From assembly GCA_041690595.1 (NCBI GenBank), contig JAWLHB010000004.1:124001-188000 (forward strand): a stretch of DNA of 64,000 nucleotides. The letters run 5' to 3'. The position numbers and the translations under genes are program-made. Source of the DNA: Lentisphaeria bacterium (GTDB lineage: Bacteria; Verrucomicrobiota; Lentisphaeria; JABSQK01; JAWLHB01). The notes beneath the pieces were generated by a model, which made no database searches, was not told where the DNA came from, and worked only from the letters and a program-made list of their open reading frames with translations. Shown here one piece after another: positions 1 through 10,732 of this stretch (positions are counted from its first letter, which is position 1; each line of letters begins with the position of its first letter).

Positions 1-633
1 GTCCGCGACGAGATAGTTGTCCTCTCCCGTCGTGTTGAGACCGCAGCGGCCGAGGCTGATCTGATGGTTGAAACGTGAAGGATCGGTGGCGATGGTGGGG
101 TTCTCGCGGCGCCACAAGGCGTGAAAATAGCCGGCGCCGTCGGTGGCGGCGGGTTGTGTCTGGAGCCAGTCGACCATGTAGTAGCAGGCCTGGCATGGAA
201 TGCTGCTCTCGTTGTGCACTTCGATGCGCGCATTCCTGGTGAAGGGCATGGTGAACCAGGCATTGACGCCGGTATTCCCGCCCCGCTTGCCGGTGCCGCG
301 GACCATGTGAGTGAGAGAGGATTGGTACGCGTTGGAGACGGCGTGGCCGACGCCGAAGAAGTCGCCAAGGGGAACATTGATGCTGGGGGCTTCCGCGTCG
401 TCCCACCAGGCTTTGATGACCAGGCGTCGCAGGTAGTTGTAGTCGAAGTGTCCGAGGGCGAACCACAGGTGGGTGACGATGCCGGGCCCCTCGGCCTGGA
501 AGATGGTGATGTGGCCATTGGCGGGGATGCGCCGAAAGTCGACGTTGCCCCCGGCACGATCGTAGCTGGAGGAGCGACAGGTACGACGGATGAGGGCCGG
601 CGATATGAGGTGGAGCGGTTCCCGATTGTACAT
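1..633 (-). CDS. DUF2961 / GH172-family glycoside hydrolase, 3' end outside window
   Basis: Not in ORF track. Manual translation from ATG at 633: MYNREP...RSSSYDRAGGNVD...EGPGIVTHLWF...AWWDDAEAPSINVPLGDFFGVGH...NAWFTMPFTRNARIEVHNE...YFHALWRRENP, all hallmark DUF2961 motifs; frame open to base 1. Confidence 0.88.
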   Translation of the reverse strand, partial: MYNREPLHLISPALIRRTCRSSSYDRAGGNVDFRRIPANGHITIFQAEGPGIVTHLWFALGHFDYNYLRRLVIKAWWDDAEAPSINVPLGDFFGVGHAVSNAYQSSLTHMVRGTGKRGGNTGVNAWFTMPFTRNARIEVHNESSIPCQACYYMVDWLQTQPAATDGAGYFHALWRRENPTIATDPSRFNHQISLGRCGLNTTGEDNYLVAD

Positions 634-673
634 GGAGCAGGCTTTGGTAGCAGGTTGTTGACGGGCGGCTGAT

Positions 674-2716
674 CTACAGGTCCCGGGACGTGGTGATGGA
701 TGGAAGGTGAATGGCTGCCGCGGCGGCGGCGAGTTGCCGCAGTGGCTCAGTGGGGTTGCTGGTGCAGGACCAGCCTTCCGCCTCCTTGATGTGGGCAAAG
801 AGTTCGGCGCTGCCGAGGGCCTGCTGCTGGATCTCCGCCACGCAGGCCTGGAGGGCGTTCTGGAAGTCGGTTCCCCACGCTCCCTTGTGCATGTCGCGCG
901 ACTTTTCTCGGCAATTGACGTAGAAAGCCTGGGTGACGGCCCGGCTGCAGCGAATGACGCGCAGCAGGTACTGACACCTCACGATGAAGAGGGGGTCGCA
1001 AGTGGGCTCCGCCATGGAAAGAGCCTGGTCGACGTCTGCCGCGGCCTTGGCCAGGGTGGGGAGTTCATTGGTTTCCAGAGCATCGGTGATCTGCATGACC
1101 AGCTCATCGACCTCGGCATTGGTGGCGATGCGGTCGATCATGCAGGCAAGCCGCGAGAAGGTGCCGAACGGCTGCCCCACGCTGAGTCGGTCGCAGGAAG
1201 CCTGAGCGGCGCTGGCACGGTCGTAGAGGTGGTAAGCCTTGGCTTGACTACGCGGGTCAGGCGCGCCAGCTTCGGAAGCGAGGACGCGGAGCGAATCGGG
1301 GAGGGTTCGCCCCTTCCTGTTCCAGCTTGTCTCGGCGGCGATGAAGAGGGCGGCACGATCACCTGGAAATGCATAGGACATGCCTCCCACGCCTTTGAGC
1401 CCGGCATCGATGGCGTGGCCGATGTTGCGCTGGATGGTCTCGAGGTGCGCAGGCCGTCCTGGAACGCCCCGCAGAGAGTTGCAGAAGGAAATCCAGCGGC
1501 CTTCGGCGGCGCCAGCAGCGATATCGCGATGGATGGGGTTGCGGAGACGGATGTTGTAGGTGCCGTAGCGCTCGCCGGAGTAGTAGATCCACTGCACATC
1601 CTGAGGCAAGGCGCGCATGAGCGCGAGGTTTTCAGGAAAGGATCCCTGACTCATGAGGATGCGGCAGCGCAGGCCGGGATGGTCGTGGCGAAGCTGTTCG
1701 GCAATGCTGTGAAAGACGGTTGCCTCGCGCATGAATTCACTGCAAGGTCGATCGGCGGCTGAAGGGAGGGCGCGATGACTGTTCTCGGCGAGCCAGAAAC
1801 ATAGGGTGCGAGGGTTGAGTATGGCCATGACTTCGGACGCGATGTCGGCGAGGATCTCACGGGTTCCGGGCTGGAAGAAATCGATGCCGGTACTGATCTG
1901 GTGTCCATGGTGAGGGATGGCCTCCCTGGCACGCAGTTCGGGGTACTTTTTGCCGATGAAGCCGAAGAGTTCCGGATGGGTAAAGATGGGGACCATGCGC
2001 ACGCCGCGGGTCGCTCCGTAGGCGAAGAGTTCGCGCAGCAGCGATTCATGGAGGTCTGCGCGCGGGGAGGAGAGTTCCGGATGGGCGCTGGAGCGGTAGC
2101 TGAGCAGATCGGGCTCGCCGACGACGATGACTTCGAAGAGGTTGAGCTTGTGGTCGCTCATCCAGTCGATCCAGGCGCGATAGTGGGCGAGCATACCGTC
2201 CAGGTCAGCGACGGGGGCGGTGGTGCCGAGGGCCTGACTCCAGATGCCGCGCTCTTCCATGTCGGCGCCGTCGGCAATGTGCAGGCTGGGGATGAGCAGG
2301 GTGTCAGCGTCAGCGGTAATGAGTTGTTTGAGGGTCTTCATGCCCCAGTAGGCGCCTTCGGCGTCGAGGCCTCGTACGACGAGGCCACCTTGCGGCAGCG
2401 GCGCAACCTGATAGGCCTGAAAACCGGGGTGATAGGCGAAGTCGTCGTAGAGAGGATGCTCGAAAAGCTCGGCGTGGAGTCGAGAGGCTGGCGAGATGAA
2501 GCGAATGACGGTTTGTGCGGACGGCTCTTCGGCACGATGTGGTCCGGCGCCGGTCATTCGTTGGAGGTGCTCGTGCAGTTCATCGGCGGCGCGAGTCGCC
2601 CAAAGGTCGCTCGGATCCGCGCAGATGGCGAGTGTGTCGGGACGGACCTGGTGCCAGCCCGAGATTTCGATGCGCTTGGGCAGAGGGGAGAGGCGATCCA
2701 ACCACGGGGAATCCAT
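674..2716 (-). CDS. Glycoside hydrolase-like protein with N-terminal GH20 domain-2 (zincin-like) fold and TIM barrel
   Basis: LSPLPKRI...LVVRGLDAEGAYWGMKTLKQL...IADGADMEERGIW...WIDWMSDHKLN resembles GH20b/GH84-type N-termini; lies inside a glycan locus. Confidence 0.65.
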   Translation of the reverse strand: MDSPWLDRLSPLPKRIEISGWHQVRPDTLAICADPSDLWATRAADELHEHLQRMTGAGPHRAEEPSAQTVIRFISPASRLHAELFEHPLYDDFAYHPGFQAYQVAPLPQGGLVVRGLDAEGAYWGMKTLKQLITADADTLLIPSLHIADGADMEERGIWSQALGTTAPVADLDGMLAHYRAWIDWMSDHKLNLFEVIVVGEPDLLSYRSSAHPELSSPRADLHESLLRELFAYGATRGVRMVPIFTHPELFGFIGKKYPELRAREAIPHHGHQISTGIDFFQPGTREILADIASEVMAILNPRTLCFWLAENSHRALPSAADRPCSEFMREATVFHSIAEQLRHDHPGLRCRILMSQGSFPENLALMRALPQDVQWIYYSGERYGTYNIRLRNPIHRDIAAGAAEGRWISFCNSLRGVPGRPAHLETIQRNIGHAIDAGLKGVGGMSYAFPGDRAALFIAAETSWNRKGRTLPDSLRVLASEAGAPDPRSQAKAYHLYDRASAAQASCDRLSVGQPFGTFSRLACMIDRIATNAEVDELVMQITDALETNELPTLAKAAADVDQALSMAEPTCDPLFIVRCQYLLRVIRCSRAVTQAFYVNCREKSRDMHKGAWGTDFQNALQACVAEIQQQALGSAELFAHIKEAEGWSCTSNPTEPLRQLAAAAAAIHLPSITTSRDL

Positions 2717-2721
2717 TCAGG

Positions 2722-5235
2722 TCACTCCTGCAGGTTCGAGAAGATGAGGATGCAGCCGTCACCTGGGGCGAGCGTCAGCGGTCCGTCGATGGTGGTGAGG
2801 ACGGGGCCGTGGCTGCCCGCGCTCACGACCGAGAGTGGTCGAGGTGCCGGAACGGGCATGGGATGGAAGGTCTGGGGATTGTCGAGGTCGAGGTTGACGA
2901 CGATGGCGTAGTGCTGGCTGGGGTTGGAGCGGTCCCTGAAGCTGCCAATGAGCCATGATTCTCCGGGTGATTCGAGGAGGGTGAGGTCGTCGTCGCGCTC
3001 CATGGCGATGAGGAGATCTTCGAGTTTGGCGAGTCGTTCCATCTCGTCGGCATAATAGCCATAGTAGGAGGTATCGGTGAAGTCGGGAGTCTTGGCGCCA
3101 TTGAGGTACATCCACGGGAAGAAGCCCTTGACGTTCCAAGCCAGTGCGGCCCAGACCTGGAAGCGCATCTCGGCCTGGGTGATGTCGCGATAGACGCCGT
3201 TGTGGCCACTTTCCGCACCGACCAGTTGGGGCGTCATCCAGGCCACGCCACCACACTGCTTGGCCGCCTGCCAGGTGGCCTCGCAGGCGTCCAGATACTT
3301 GGTTGGAGATTTGGGGATCGTCAAGAAGACGTAAGAGTCGAAGACGGCGCCGCCAGGCAGCGGCTCGGTAGCGGTGTCTTCCAGCATGACCGCGGGATTA
3401 TTGTAGATCATGATCTGCGGCTGGCCTCCCAGTTCGGCCGTCACCTGGCGAAAGTATTGGACAAACGGCACCATGACGGGATAGGGCTCTTCGCCAGGGG
3501 CCCAGGCGATGTAGGTGGGACAGCTGCGATACTTCTCGACGATGGGGCGCCAGCGCGTCTCCATCTGCTCCTTCCACCAAGCCCAGAGCTCGTCTTTCGG
3601 CCCGGCGAGTGTCCGAGTGCGGGCGATATAGGAATCGACGCCATAGAGGTGGATGCCTTGCTCGTGGGCATACTTGGTCCAGCGCTCCAAATCCTGCTCG
3701 TTCAGGTTGCCCATCTCGAAATGGGCAGCGTTGATGTGGTGCGCTTTCAGGTCGGCGACGACGTGTTCAATGGCTTCCCAATGATTGGAGACGCCCATCT
3801 GCTCCCGCAGCGGGTAGAGGTTGGCGCCGGCCGGCACGCCCCAGAAGCCGCGCAGGAGAAGATCCCGCGGGTTGGGTGGCTGTCCCTGGGGCAAGGGCAT
3901 GGCATCCAGACGCGTGGCCAGGGCCGAGTCCCGGGTCCCCTGCCTCCATGCTTCCCGTGCCTGGCTTTCAGCGGTCAGCCGCTCGCGTTCACCCGGCGCG
4001 TAGGGGATGAGCTCGATCGCCCCGATTTCGATGCTCCAATCGTCTTGGGGAACGCTTAAATCTCGTCGCCAAGTCGGCCCCCAGGACTTGATCACCAGAC
4101 CCTCCATTCGGATGCGCTCAGCCTCATCGAGCGCGAGCTCCTTGGTGACGGTCCGCCAGGTCGCCTGGGGGGAATCGTGGCCGCGAAGCAAAGGTGCCGC
4201 GCCAAATGGCACATGCTTCGAATTGCGACCGTCCGCCTGAATACGCCCAATCCAGGTGGGGACACGGTAGGTCACCCGCACCCGCGCGACGTCGCGCCAA
4301 TCCTGCAGGTCTTCCGGCAATGGGATGAGGATATGCCAGTTGGTGTTGGGGCGGCCGCTGACGCGCAGGTAGCGGCCTCGATCCAGGTAGCTGTCCGCCG
4401 GCTCGTGCGGCGAAACGAGCTCGAGACGAGCGTTTTGGGCCATAACCTGTCCCTCTTCAAAGGTTGTCACCACGCGAGGTTCGGGCTTCTCCTGGGGCAG
4501 GGGGTGGTCCCCCACATAGCGCAGCCAGGCGCTCATCGAACCGCCCGTGAAGTAGCCTTGTATGCCTTTGGTCAAGGTCATCGAGAGGTGAAACGGCCCA
4601 CGATGATTGGGCAGCGGCAGGTAGAGCGATCCATGCAGCCCCATGGCGCGCAGGTCCTCCAGCGGGTAGGAGCGGCCCGCCAGTTCACGGTCTCCCTCGG
4701 CGTCGAACGACGCAGTCATGCGGAGGATGAAGTTCCCGTCCTCATCTGCCCGTTCCCAGCTCGCGCTGCCGGCGTTCCCCGTACCGTCCTGGAGCGAGTC
4801 CCAGAGCCGCCAGGTGATGCCCACCACCTCGAAGTCGTGGCCGAAGTCGAGCGGGTAGACGATACGCGGGCACCTGGAGTTGAGACCGAGGAACCATTGC
4901 GTCCCCAGAAGGCTCATCTGTGCCGGTGGCGCCAGCGGGTCATGCAGCGCCTTGTTGTAGGGGTAGGTGGTTTTGACCAAACGGTGCTGCTCGTCGCGTG
5001 ACACTTCCTGCCAGGGCTTCGGGAGCATGCGGAAGCCCATCTCATAGTCCCAGCGACAGAGGCGGTCCGGGTACAGCGTGAAGCGGCTTCCGGAGAGCAG
5101 GCGATTGCCCAGTGGGACGCCTTGGACCGAAGCTGTGGGCAGCGGTTTGCCGGTGGTCGCCTCGTCCTTCCAGACAAGCTGCCCCGTGCAGACCATCGCC
5201 ACCAGCATGGCGAGGAGTGCGTATCGCATCATCAT
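2722..5235 (-). CDS. Secreted protein with C-terminal GH-like TIM barrel
   Basis: Signal peptide MRYALLAMLVAMVC; AWAPGEEP, FDSY, WMTPQ, EMRFQVWAALAWNVKGFFPWMY; ATGA overlap with upstream gene. Confidence 0.6.
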   Translation of the reverse strand: MMMRYALLAMLVAMVCTGQLVWKDEATTGKPLPTASVQGVPLGNRLLSGSRFTLYPDRLCRWDYEMGFRMLPKPWQEVSRDEQHRLVKTTYPYNKALHDPLAPPAQMSLLGTQWFLGLNSRCPRIVYPLDFGHDFEVVGITWRLWDSLQDGTGNAGSASWERADEDGNFILRMTASFDAEGDRELAGRSYPLEDLRAMGLHGSLYLPLPNHRGPFHLSMTLTKGIQGYFTGGSMSAWLRYVGDHPLPQEKPEPRVVTTFEEGQVMAQNARLELVSPHEPADSYLDRGRYLRVSGRPNTNWHILIPLPEDLQDWRDVARVRVTYRVPTWIGRIQADGRNSKHVPFGAAPLLRGHDSPQATWRTVTKELALDEAERIRMEGLVIKSWGPTWRRDLSVPQDDWSIEIGAIELIPYAPGERERLTAESQAREAWRQGTRDSALATRLDAMPLPQGQPPNPRDLLLRGFWGVPAGANLYPLREQMGVSNHWEAIEHVVADLKAHHINAAHFEMGNLNEQDLERWTKYAHEQGIHLYGVDSYIARTRTLAGPKDELWAWWKEQMETRWRPIVEKYRSCPTYIAWAPGEEPYPVMVPFVQYFRQVTAELGGQPQIMIYNNPAVMLEDTATEPLPGGAVFDSYVFLTIPKSPTKYLDACEATWQAAKQCGGVAWMTPQLVGAESGHNGVYRDITQAEMRFQVWAALAWNVKGFFPWMYLNGAKTPDFTDTSYYGYYADEMERLAKLEDLLIAMERDDDLTLLESPGESWLIGSFRDRSNPSQHYAIVVNLDLDNPQTFHPMPVPAPRPLSVVSAGSHGPVLTTIDGPLTLAPGDGCILIFSNLQE

Positions 5236-8200
5236 TTTGCCAGTTCCAAAGCAACGCTGACGTCGAGGCCGGCGGCGAAGCTCTGCCGCCGTTGGTTGCT
5301 GGCTTCGGCGGTGTAGTCGGGCGAGATGGTGAGCAACGTATCCAGCTCCCAGCTGGTGCCTGGCGGAATGCGAGTGTCCAGCAGCGGCTGCCGGTGGTCA
5401 TCGAGTTCATAGGCAGCCCGTACGAGGGGGTAATCGCATTTTGGCATGACCTGCACCCCGTCGTGTTCGTCCATGAGAGCCTGTCCCTTGAGGACGCCAT
5501 GCAAGCGGCGGAGCGAGACCTGGAGCGTCGGCCCTTTCAGCGTCTCTCGTGCCACCCAACCGCCGCTGTTGTTGACAAACATGAGGGCTTTCTCCAGGTC
5601 CTGGCAGACCCGCTGTTTGGCATCCAGATAGCGCAGGTGGGTCGCCCGCTGGGGAATCTCCAGCAGAGCTCCCATGCCGTGCACATAGAAGACCATGCCG
5701 GACCAGGCTCTCGTCGTTTTCAGCAATTCACGGTTGATGAGCAGGGAGTCGCCATGGCTGTCGACAGCCTCCACATCGACAGTGGTCTCGGCCATCTCCA
5801 GCCCTGCCTTCACATCGTGTCTTGCCTTGGCGTAGACGCGCACTTCGTCTTCGGGCTGCCCCGTATACACGGTGTAGTCGGTCGTACTCACCACATGCAA
5901 CGGCTGGCACGCCCAAATCACGCGCAAGGTCTTGCGAACTGGCCCGGCTTGCACGATCTCTGTGGAGAGATGCTCCATGCTGTAGCCCTGATCCTGCAGG
6001 ATCTTGCCCAGCCCGAAGACAAAGCCGCGCGCCGGCAGGAAGGCTCCCTTGGTGCCGTCGGGCAGCGTCACCTGGCTGAGGTCCCAGAGCCCCTCTTCAT
6101 CAATGCGGAACAGTTCCCGCCCCTGCAGGTTGACTGTCGTGATGCCGGCCGTGATGCCGGCCGCCTGCTCGATGAGCAGCTCGCTGCCGGCCGGTTCGCC
6201 TTCGGCCGACAGGAAGTCGAGGGTGAAGGTGCGCACCTCGTTCGGCTGGAAATCGGCCTGCCAGACGATCTCATCGCCTGCGTAAAGCTGGCCGTCACCA
6301 TCAAGGTCATCCCACTGGCAGGTGCCCCCTTCGAGGCGCACTGCCTTGACTGTGCCGGCGGGCATCAGCCCGGAGAATTCTTTGACGGGCAACACGACGG
6401 GTTCTGCCTGGCGAACCATTGCCAGTGGGTTGCGAACGGTGACAGTAAGGCGAGCCAGGACGCCCTCCGGAAGATCGCCGGTGCTGATGGTCGAGATCTG
6501 TGCCTCGGGAAGCGCGGGCTCATGCGGACCGCCGCGCTGGCCACGGGGGAAAGGCTTGGGCTCCAAGTCCAGGGCATCCACCTGGCGCTGGATCGCGGCC
6601 GCAGCAGCGACCTGCTCGGCATTGCCAAGCAGCAGGTAAGCGGTGCTGTGTTGGGGCACGCGGATGGTGATGCGGCCGTCACCGTGGCGCGCGAGTCCCT
6701 GATTGGCGCGCAGGTCCCAGGCGACGGTATCTGCCTCCAGCCAGGGGATCTCCACCTCGTAAAGTTCGGATTCCCCCTCTACCTCCAGATCGGTATCGAC
6801 CAGGATGATGAGCGCCGTGCCATCGCTCCCGTTGCGACGCACATAGGTATCGATATGGCGCGCCCACTGACCGTCGCGGTAGACAGGCACTGGAGGGGTG
6901 ACGCCCGCCCTGGTCAGGAAGCGGCCCAGCAGGTCGGTATAAATGGACCGCGCGTTGGCAGAGCGCAGTTCCGCGTCCCAGTGCTCGCCCTGGGGCTCGC
7001 CGGTGGAGGGGAAGCGCTCTTCCGGATAGGTCGCGCAGAGATCGGCGCCCAGGCGGAAGCCCAGCCACAGCGTCTGGTCGGTCTCCACGGCCGCCGCCTT
7101 GTCTTCGTAGGTGGCCATAACGCGGGCACCGTCGCTGGCGGTTCCGGTTACGATATCGTGCCAGGTGCGTAGACGCGGCACATGCCATGGGATCGTAATC
7201 TCGAGCCACTGCCGTTCCGTTGAGTCCAGCGATTCCTGTGCGGCCCCATAGGGTGTCTGCTCCGGCAGTGGCAGCGCCGCATCCTTGGCCCACGCGGCGT
7301 CGCCCGGTGACAGCATGCTGGCCTGGAAATGCTGCTTGTACTTGTTGGTCGGTGTGATGCCGAAGCGCCCGAGCAGGTCGATGGGCTGTCCGGTTTCATC
7401 CAAGGTCAGCGAATCTGCGTTGGTATAGACATGGCCACCGGCGTCGAGATAGTCACCAATGGCGTTGGCCACACCCTTGGGGACGCGCTCGGCGGTCATG
7501 ACCATCAACGCCTTGTAGTCGCCCACGCCGTCGCGCATGACCTCCTCCTCGGTGAGGACGGTGAAGGGCACCTGCAGGTCGTGCAGCGCCTGAATCGTCC
7601 AGCCATAGTCCTGCTTGGGGTAGAGGTACATCGGATAGAAGAGCGCCGTGGTCTTGGGATAGAGAATGGCAATGTCGGGCTTCCCCGGATGCGTGTGGCG
7701 CAGCCAGGGCCAGTGCCGTCGGAACCAGTGATGCCAGTAGGCGATGTGCTGATAGGCGGGTAACCGTCGGTTGGGCTCCGGGAGATAGGTCCAGTAGAGC
7801 AGGCCGTGCAGTTCGTGGCCATACATCTGGCCGAAAATCCGGTCGATCTCTTCGTGGCTGTAGGTGCCGTAGTAGCCGGACTCACCTTGGGTCGGCCAGA
7901 ACCAGGACCAGCCGAAGACAGGGATGTCGTACTGCTGGCTCATGCGGTCGTAGATGCTGTAGTTGAGACTCATCTGCCAGGTCCAGCGGGCGTTGGAGTT
8001 TTCCACAGCCAGAATTCTGCCTTTGGTGGCCTGCAGATAGTAGTCGGCACCGCCCCAGTTCGCCGAACCTCCCGGCCAGGTGATGCTGGCATGGCCGCTG
8101 AAACCGAAACTGAACGGCACGCCCGCCTCGTTCACCTGCTTCTCCACGCGGCCCACGAAGTCGTACAGCCGCTCACAGATCATCTGGCGATAGGCGATCC

Positions 8201-8870
8201 AGAGGCGCGGCTCGGCAAAGCGTTGATCGAAGTCCGGAATTGCGACCTCATCCCAACTGGCCGGGGCATCACCTGCGCAGTCCGTGGCGTAGGTGCGGCC
8301 ATCGCCGTTGCTGTCGGCCCGCGGCGTGTCGTCAGCGTAGAGTGCGGCCGCATATCGTCGCCAGGCCGCCTCGCGGTGCGGGCTGACCATGGTGAAGAAG
8401 TGCCGGCTGTAGCCCAAGTCGGCTTCATCGGCGGTCATGGTCACGATACGGCCTTCGACCTTGGCAAAGCTTGACTCGCCGTGGGTCTCGATGAGCTTCA
8501 GGACACGCTCGGCGAGGAAGTCGATGTTCTCATCGGCATAGATGTCACCGAAATGGATCCACTGTTTGATCTCCTTGCCGTCGCGACGAATCCTCATGGG
8601 CACCGCCGCATTACCGTCTATACGTATCGACAGCCAGGTGCCGTAGGTCAGATCCTGGCTCATGCCATAGCCATGCTGGACCCCGTTGAAGCCCATGCGC
8701 TCGTAGTCTTGCACGGCAGCATCGAGCAGCTCCGGATGTCCCAACTCTACGGTTTGATATTGAAGGATCGGTGGTTCATCGAGCTCGAGCATGCCTTGCC
8801 TCAGGCTGGCGGTGTCATCCTGACCACGTGAAAGCATGGTGCACATGAGCACCGCGAGAAGGATTCGCAT
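5232..8870 (-). CDS. Secreted GH42-like multidomain protein (barrel, trimerisation-like domain, DUF4861-like C-terminal part)
   Basis: Signal peptide; ADE and AVEN candidate catalytic motifs; DIAILYP...DYKALMV...IGDYLDAGG middle domain; VTVRNPLAMVRQAEPV...QWDDLDGDG. Confidence 0.6.
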   Translation of the reverse strand: MRILLAVLMCTMLSRGQDDTASLRQGMLELDEPPILQYQTVELGHPELLDAAVQDYERMGFNGVQHGYGMSQDLTYGTWLSIRIDGNAAVPMRIRRDGKEIKQWIHFGDIYADENIDFLAERVLKLIETHGESSFAKVEGRIVTMTADEADLGYSRHFFTMVSPHREAAWRRYAAALYADDTPRADSNGDGRTYATDCAGDAPASWDEVAIPDFDQRFAEPRLWIAYRQMICERLYDFVGRVEKQVNEAGVPFSFGFSGHASITWPGGSANWGGADYYLQATKGRILAVENSNARWTWQMSLNYSIYDRMSQQYDIPVFGWSWFWPTQGESGYYGTYSHEEIDRIFGQMYGHELHGLLYWTYLPEPNRRLPAYQHIAYWHHWFRRHWPWLRHTHPGKPDIAILYPKTTALFYPMYLYPKQDYGWTIQALHDLQVPFTVLTEEEVMRDGVGDYKALMVMTAERVPKGVANAIGDYLDAGGHVYTNADSLTLDETGQPIDLLGRFGITPTNKYKQHFQASMLSPGDAAWAKDAALPLPEQTPYGAAQESLDSTERQWLEITIPWHVPRLRTWHDIVTGTASDGARVMATYEDKAAAVETDQTLWLGFRLGADLCATYPEERFPSTGEPQGEHWDAELRSANARSIYTDLLGRFLTRAGVTPPVPVYRDGQWARHIDTYVRRNGSDGTALIILVDTDLEVEGESELYEVEIPWLEADTVAWDLRANQGLARHGDGRITIRVPQHSTAYLLLGNAEQVAAAAAIQRQVDALDLEPKPFPRGQRGGPHEPALPEAQISTISTGDLPEGVLARLTVTVRNPLAMVRQAEPVVLPVKEFSGLMPAGTVKAVRLEGGTCQWDDLDGDGQLYAGDEIVWQADFQPNEVRTFTLDFLSAEGEPAGSELLIEQAAGITAGITTVNLQGRELFRIDEEGLWDLSQVTLPDGTKGAFLPARGFVFGLGKILQDQGYSMEHLSTEIVQAGPVRKTLRVIWACQPLHVVSTTDYTVYTGQPEDEVRVYAKARHDVKAGLEMAETTVDVEAVDSHGDSLLINRELLKTTRAWSGMVFYVHGMGALLEIPQRATHLRYLDAKQRVCQDLEKALMFVNNSGGWVARETLKGPTLQVSLRRLHGVLKGQALMDEHDGVQVMPKCDYPLVRAAYELDDHRQPLLDTRIPPGTSWELDTLLTISPDYTAEASNQRRQSFAAGLDVSVALELAK

Positions 8871-8873
8871 GGA

Positions 8874-9614
8874 TCAATAATCCCTTTTGCTGGCGTTGAG
8901 GTTGTAGCGTTCATACTCGGACGCAGTCATGCTGCTGGTGTGACCGTCAGCATAGACGAAGCTGAGCCGTCCGTCGTGTCGCGTCCAGTGCAACTCGGGG
9001 GTTGAGAAGCCGACACTTGGCGCGAGCCAGCCTGTCCGTGCGATCTTGGAGGCGGCGCAGGTGCTGTAGACATGAACCTCGAAGTCATGCACCAGGCGAT
9101 CATCCGATGGTGTGCGGAGGCCCGACAACCGCCGTGCCTTGCCAATCGTCCAGGTGTTGTCGCTGACCTTGTACTGCCCGAGTTCGTAAGCCGCCACGTA
9201 GCCGGGGGCATACCTGGATTCTTCGAAAGCATAGCGGTACCAGTGATAGCCGGAGTTGACCCCTGGGAATGGCCATGTCGTGGTGGGCGTACGGGTGGTG
9301 TCCGATGGACAAACCCAAAGAGCCTGTTCATACCCCATGTCCTGGATGAAGGCCCTCCAGACGGATTTAATGATGCCGTTGCCGGAATCCCAATCCAGGT
9401 TCGCGGTGGGCATCCAGCCGTCATTTTCATCGGCGTGAAGGGCGAAATAGGTCCCGGTCTGCCGGAGGTTTCCGGAACAGGCGGTGGAGCGGCCTTTTTC
9501 GCGGGCCTTGGAAAGAGCGGGCAAGAGCATGGATGCCAGGACGGCAATAATGGCTACAACGACCAGGAGTTCTATCAGCGTGAATCCTGCATGGCAAATG
9601 TTTGAGTGTCGCAT
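8874..9614 (-). CDS. Prepilin-type N-terminal methylation domain protein with H-X9-DG motif (DUF1559-like)
   Basis: [52 protein letters not shown] 9614 preceded by GAGG (alternative starts 9626/9629). Confidence 0.9.
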   Translation of the reverse strand: MRHSNICHAGFTLIELLVVVAIIAVLASMLLPALSKAREKGRSTACSGNLRQTGTYFALHADENDGWMPTANLDWDSGNGIIKSVWRAFIQDMGYEQALWVCPSDTTRTPTTTWPFPGVNSGYHWYRYAFEESRYAPGYVAAYELGQYKVSDNTWTIGKARRLSGLRTPSDDRLVHDFEVHVYSTCAASKIARTGWLAPSVGFSTPELHWTRHDGRLSFVYADGHTSSMTASEYERYNLNASKRDY

Positions 9615-9625
9615 CGGATTCCTCA

Positions 9626-10726
9626 TCATCTGGATTCGGGAGTTTGGGATTCATGCAGGTGGCATGACCTGCGAATGACTATGTCTGGTTGTACATAGCT
9701 GTGCCGACGAATGTTGGTGGGCCGCTCGGGGCCTTGGCAGATGATCTGGATACACTCCCTGGCGACTCGCTCCCAGTGCGATTCGACGGAGGTGAGCTGG
9801 TATGCATGAGCCCACGGCGTGTTGTGGGTACCCACAATGGCCACATCGCCCGGCACACTCTTGCCCATGCCGCGCAGCGCATCGACCAGTTGGGAAGCGC
9901 GGAAATCGGTCGTACAGTGGAAGGCATCCGGCAGCTCGAGGTTTCGCAGCGCGGAGTCGATTGTCGTACCTTCGCTATCGAGTTCCGAGGCAAAGAGCAG
10001 CGGCCCTTCTTCAGCGCCAGCCTCGGCCAGTGCCTGCCGGAAACCGGCAAGCGCCAAGTCGGTCTCCTCGAGTATCCATGGCTGCGTGGAGATATACATG
10101 TTGGTACACAAGCCAATGCGCCTGGCGCCGCGTTGCGCCAGGTGGTGCGTTCCCGTGTATGCAGCAGCGTAGGTGTCCGGCGCGACAATGCTGCCGGTGA
10201 AGCTTCGATCTTCCACCGAACGCACACAGATGATATTGGCGCCGGGACATGCCGAACTCAACCACTTGGCGGCCCAAAGCTGCCGGCAGATGATGGCCTT
10301 GGGCGCGAGGGCGAGGGTAGATTCCAGCCTCGTACAGTCGGGGGTTTCTCCATTCGGCTCGGCTTGCGGACTGATAAGCTCCGTTCGATAGCCCGCGGTT
10401 TGCAGGTCGCCTGCGAGATTGGCCACCATCTCGGACCAGACGTGACCGCTCGGCGGCAGCATGATGGCGACGACCTCAGTCGCCTCCTGATTGTCCGTCG
10501 GGAGGTTGCCGACAAAGGTGCCACGCCCCTTTTCACGGACAATGAGTTTCTCGTTGACGAGGTCGCGCAGCGCCTCGTGGGCGGTGCGCGGCGAGACGCC
10601 GTAGCGCTTGGAAATCGCTTCGGTCGGCAACAGCTTCTGTCCGGCGCGCAGCTCTCCCGAGAGGATTGCCGCGCGAAGGTTCTGTCGTACACGGTCCCGG
10701 CCCGTTGTATGTGCCAATTGTTCCAT
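9626..10726 (-). CDS. GntR wHTH plus LacI-type sugar-binding domain regulator (AraR-like)
   Basis: [53 protein letters not shown]-terminal VPGDVAIVG...LTSV...PDIVIRRS. Confidence 0.9.
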   Translation of the reverse strand: MEQLAHTTGRDRVRQNLRAAILSGELRAGQKLLPTEAISKRYGVSPRTAHEALRDLVNEKLIVREKGRGTFVGNLPTDNQEATEVVAIMLPPSGHVWSEMVANLAGDLQTAGYRTELISPQAEPNGETPDCTRLESTLALAPKAIICRQLWAAKWLSSACPGANIICVRSVEDRSFTGSIVAPDTYAAAYTGTHHLAQRGARRIGLCTNMYISTQPWILEETDLALAGFRQALAEAGAEEGPLLFASELDSEGTTIDSALRNLELPDAFHCTTDFRASQLVDALRGMGKSVPGDVAIVGTHNTPWAHAYQLTSVESHWERVARECIQIICQGPERPTNIRRHSYVQPDIVIRRSCHLHESQTPESR

Positions 10727-10732
10727 GCGTGA

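Noticed and set aside
121..672. 183-aa plus-strand ORF
   Set aside because: Antisense shadow of the DUF2961/GH172 gene, which has clear family motifs on the minus strand
5112..7172. 686-aa plus-strand ORF
   Set aside because: Antisense to the 1212-aa gene; no motifs; expected from GC-rich codon bias
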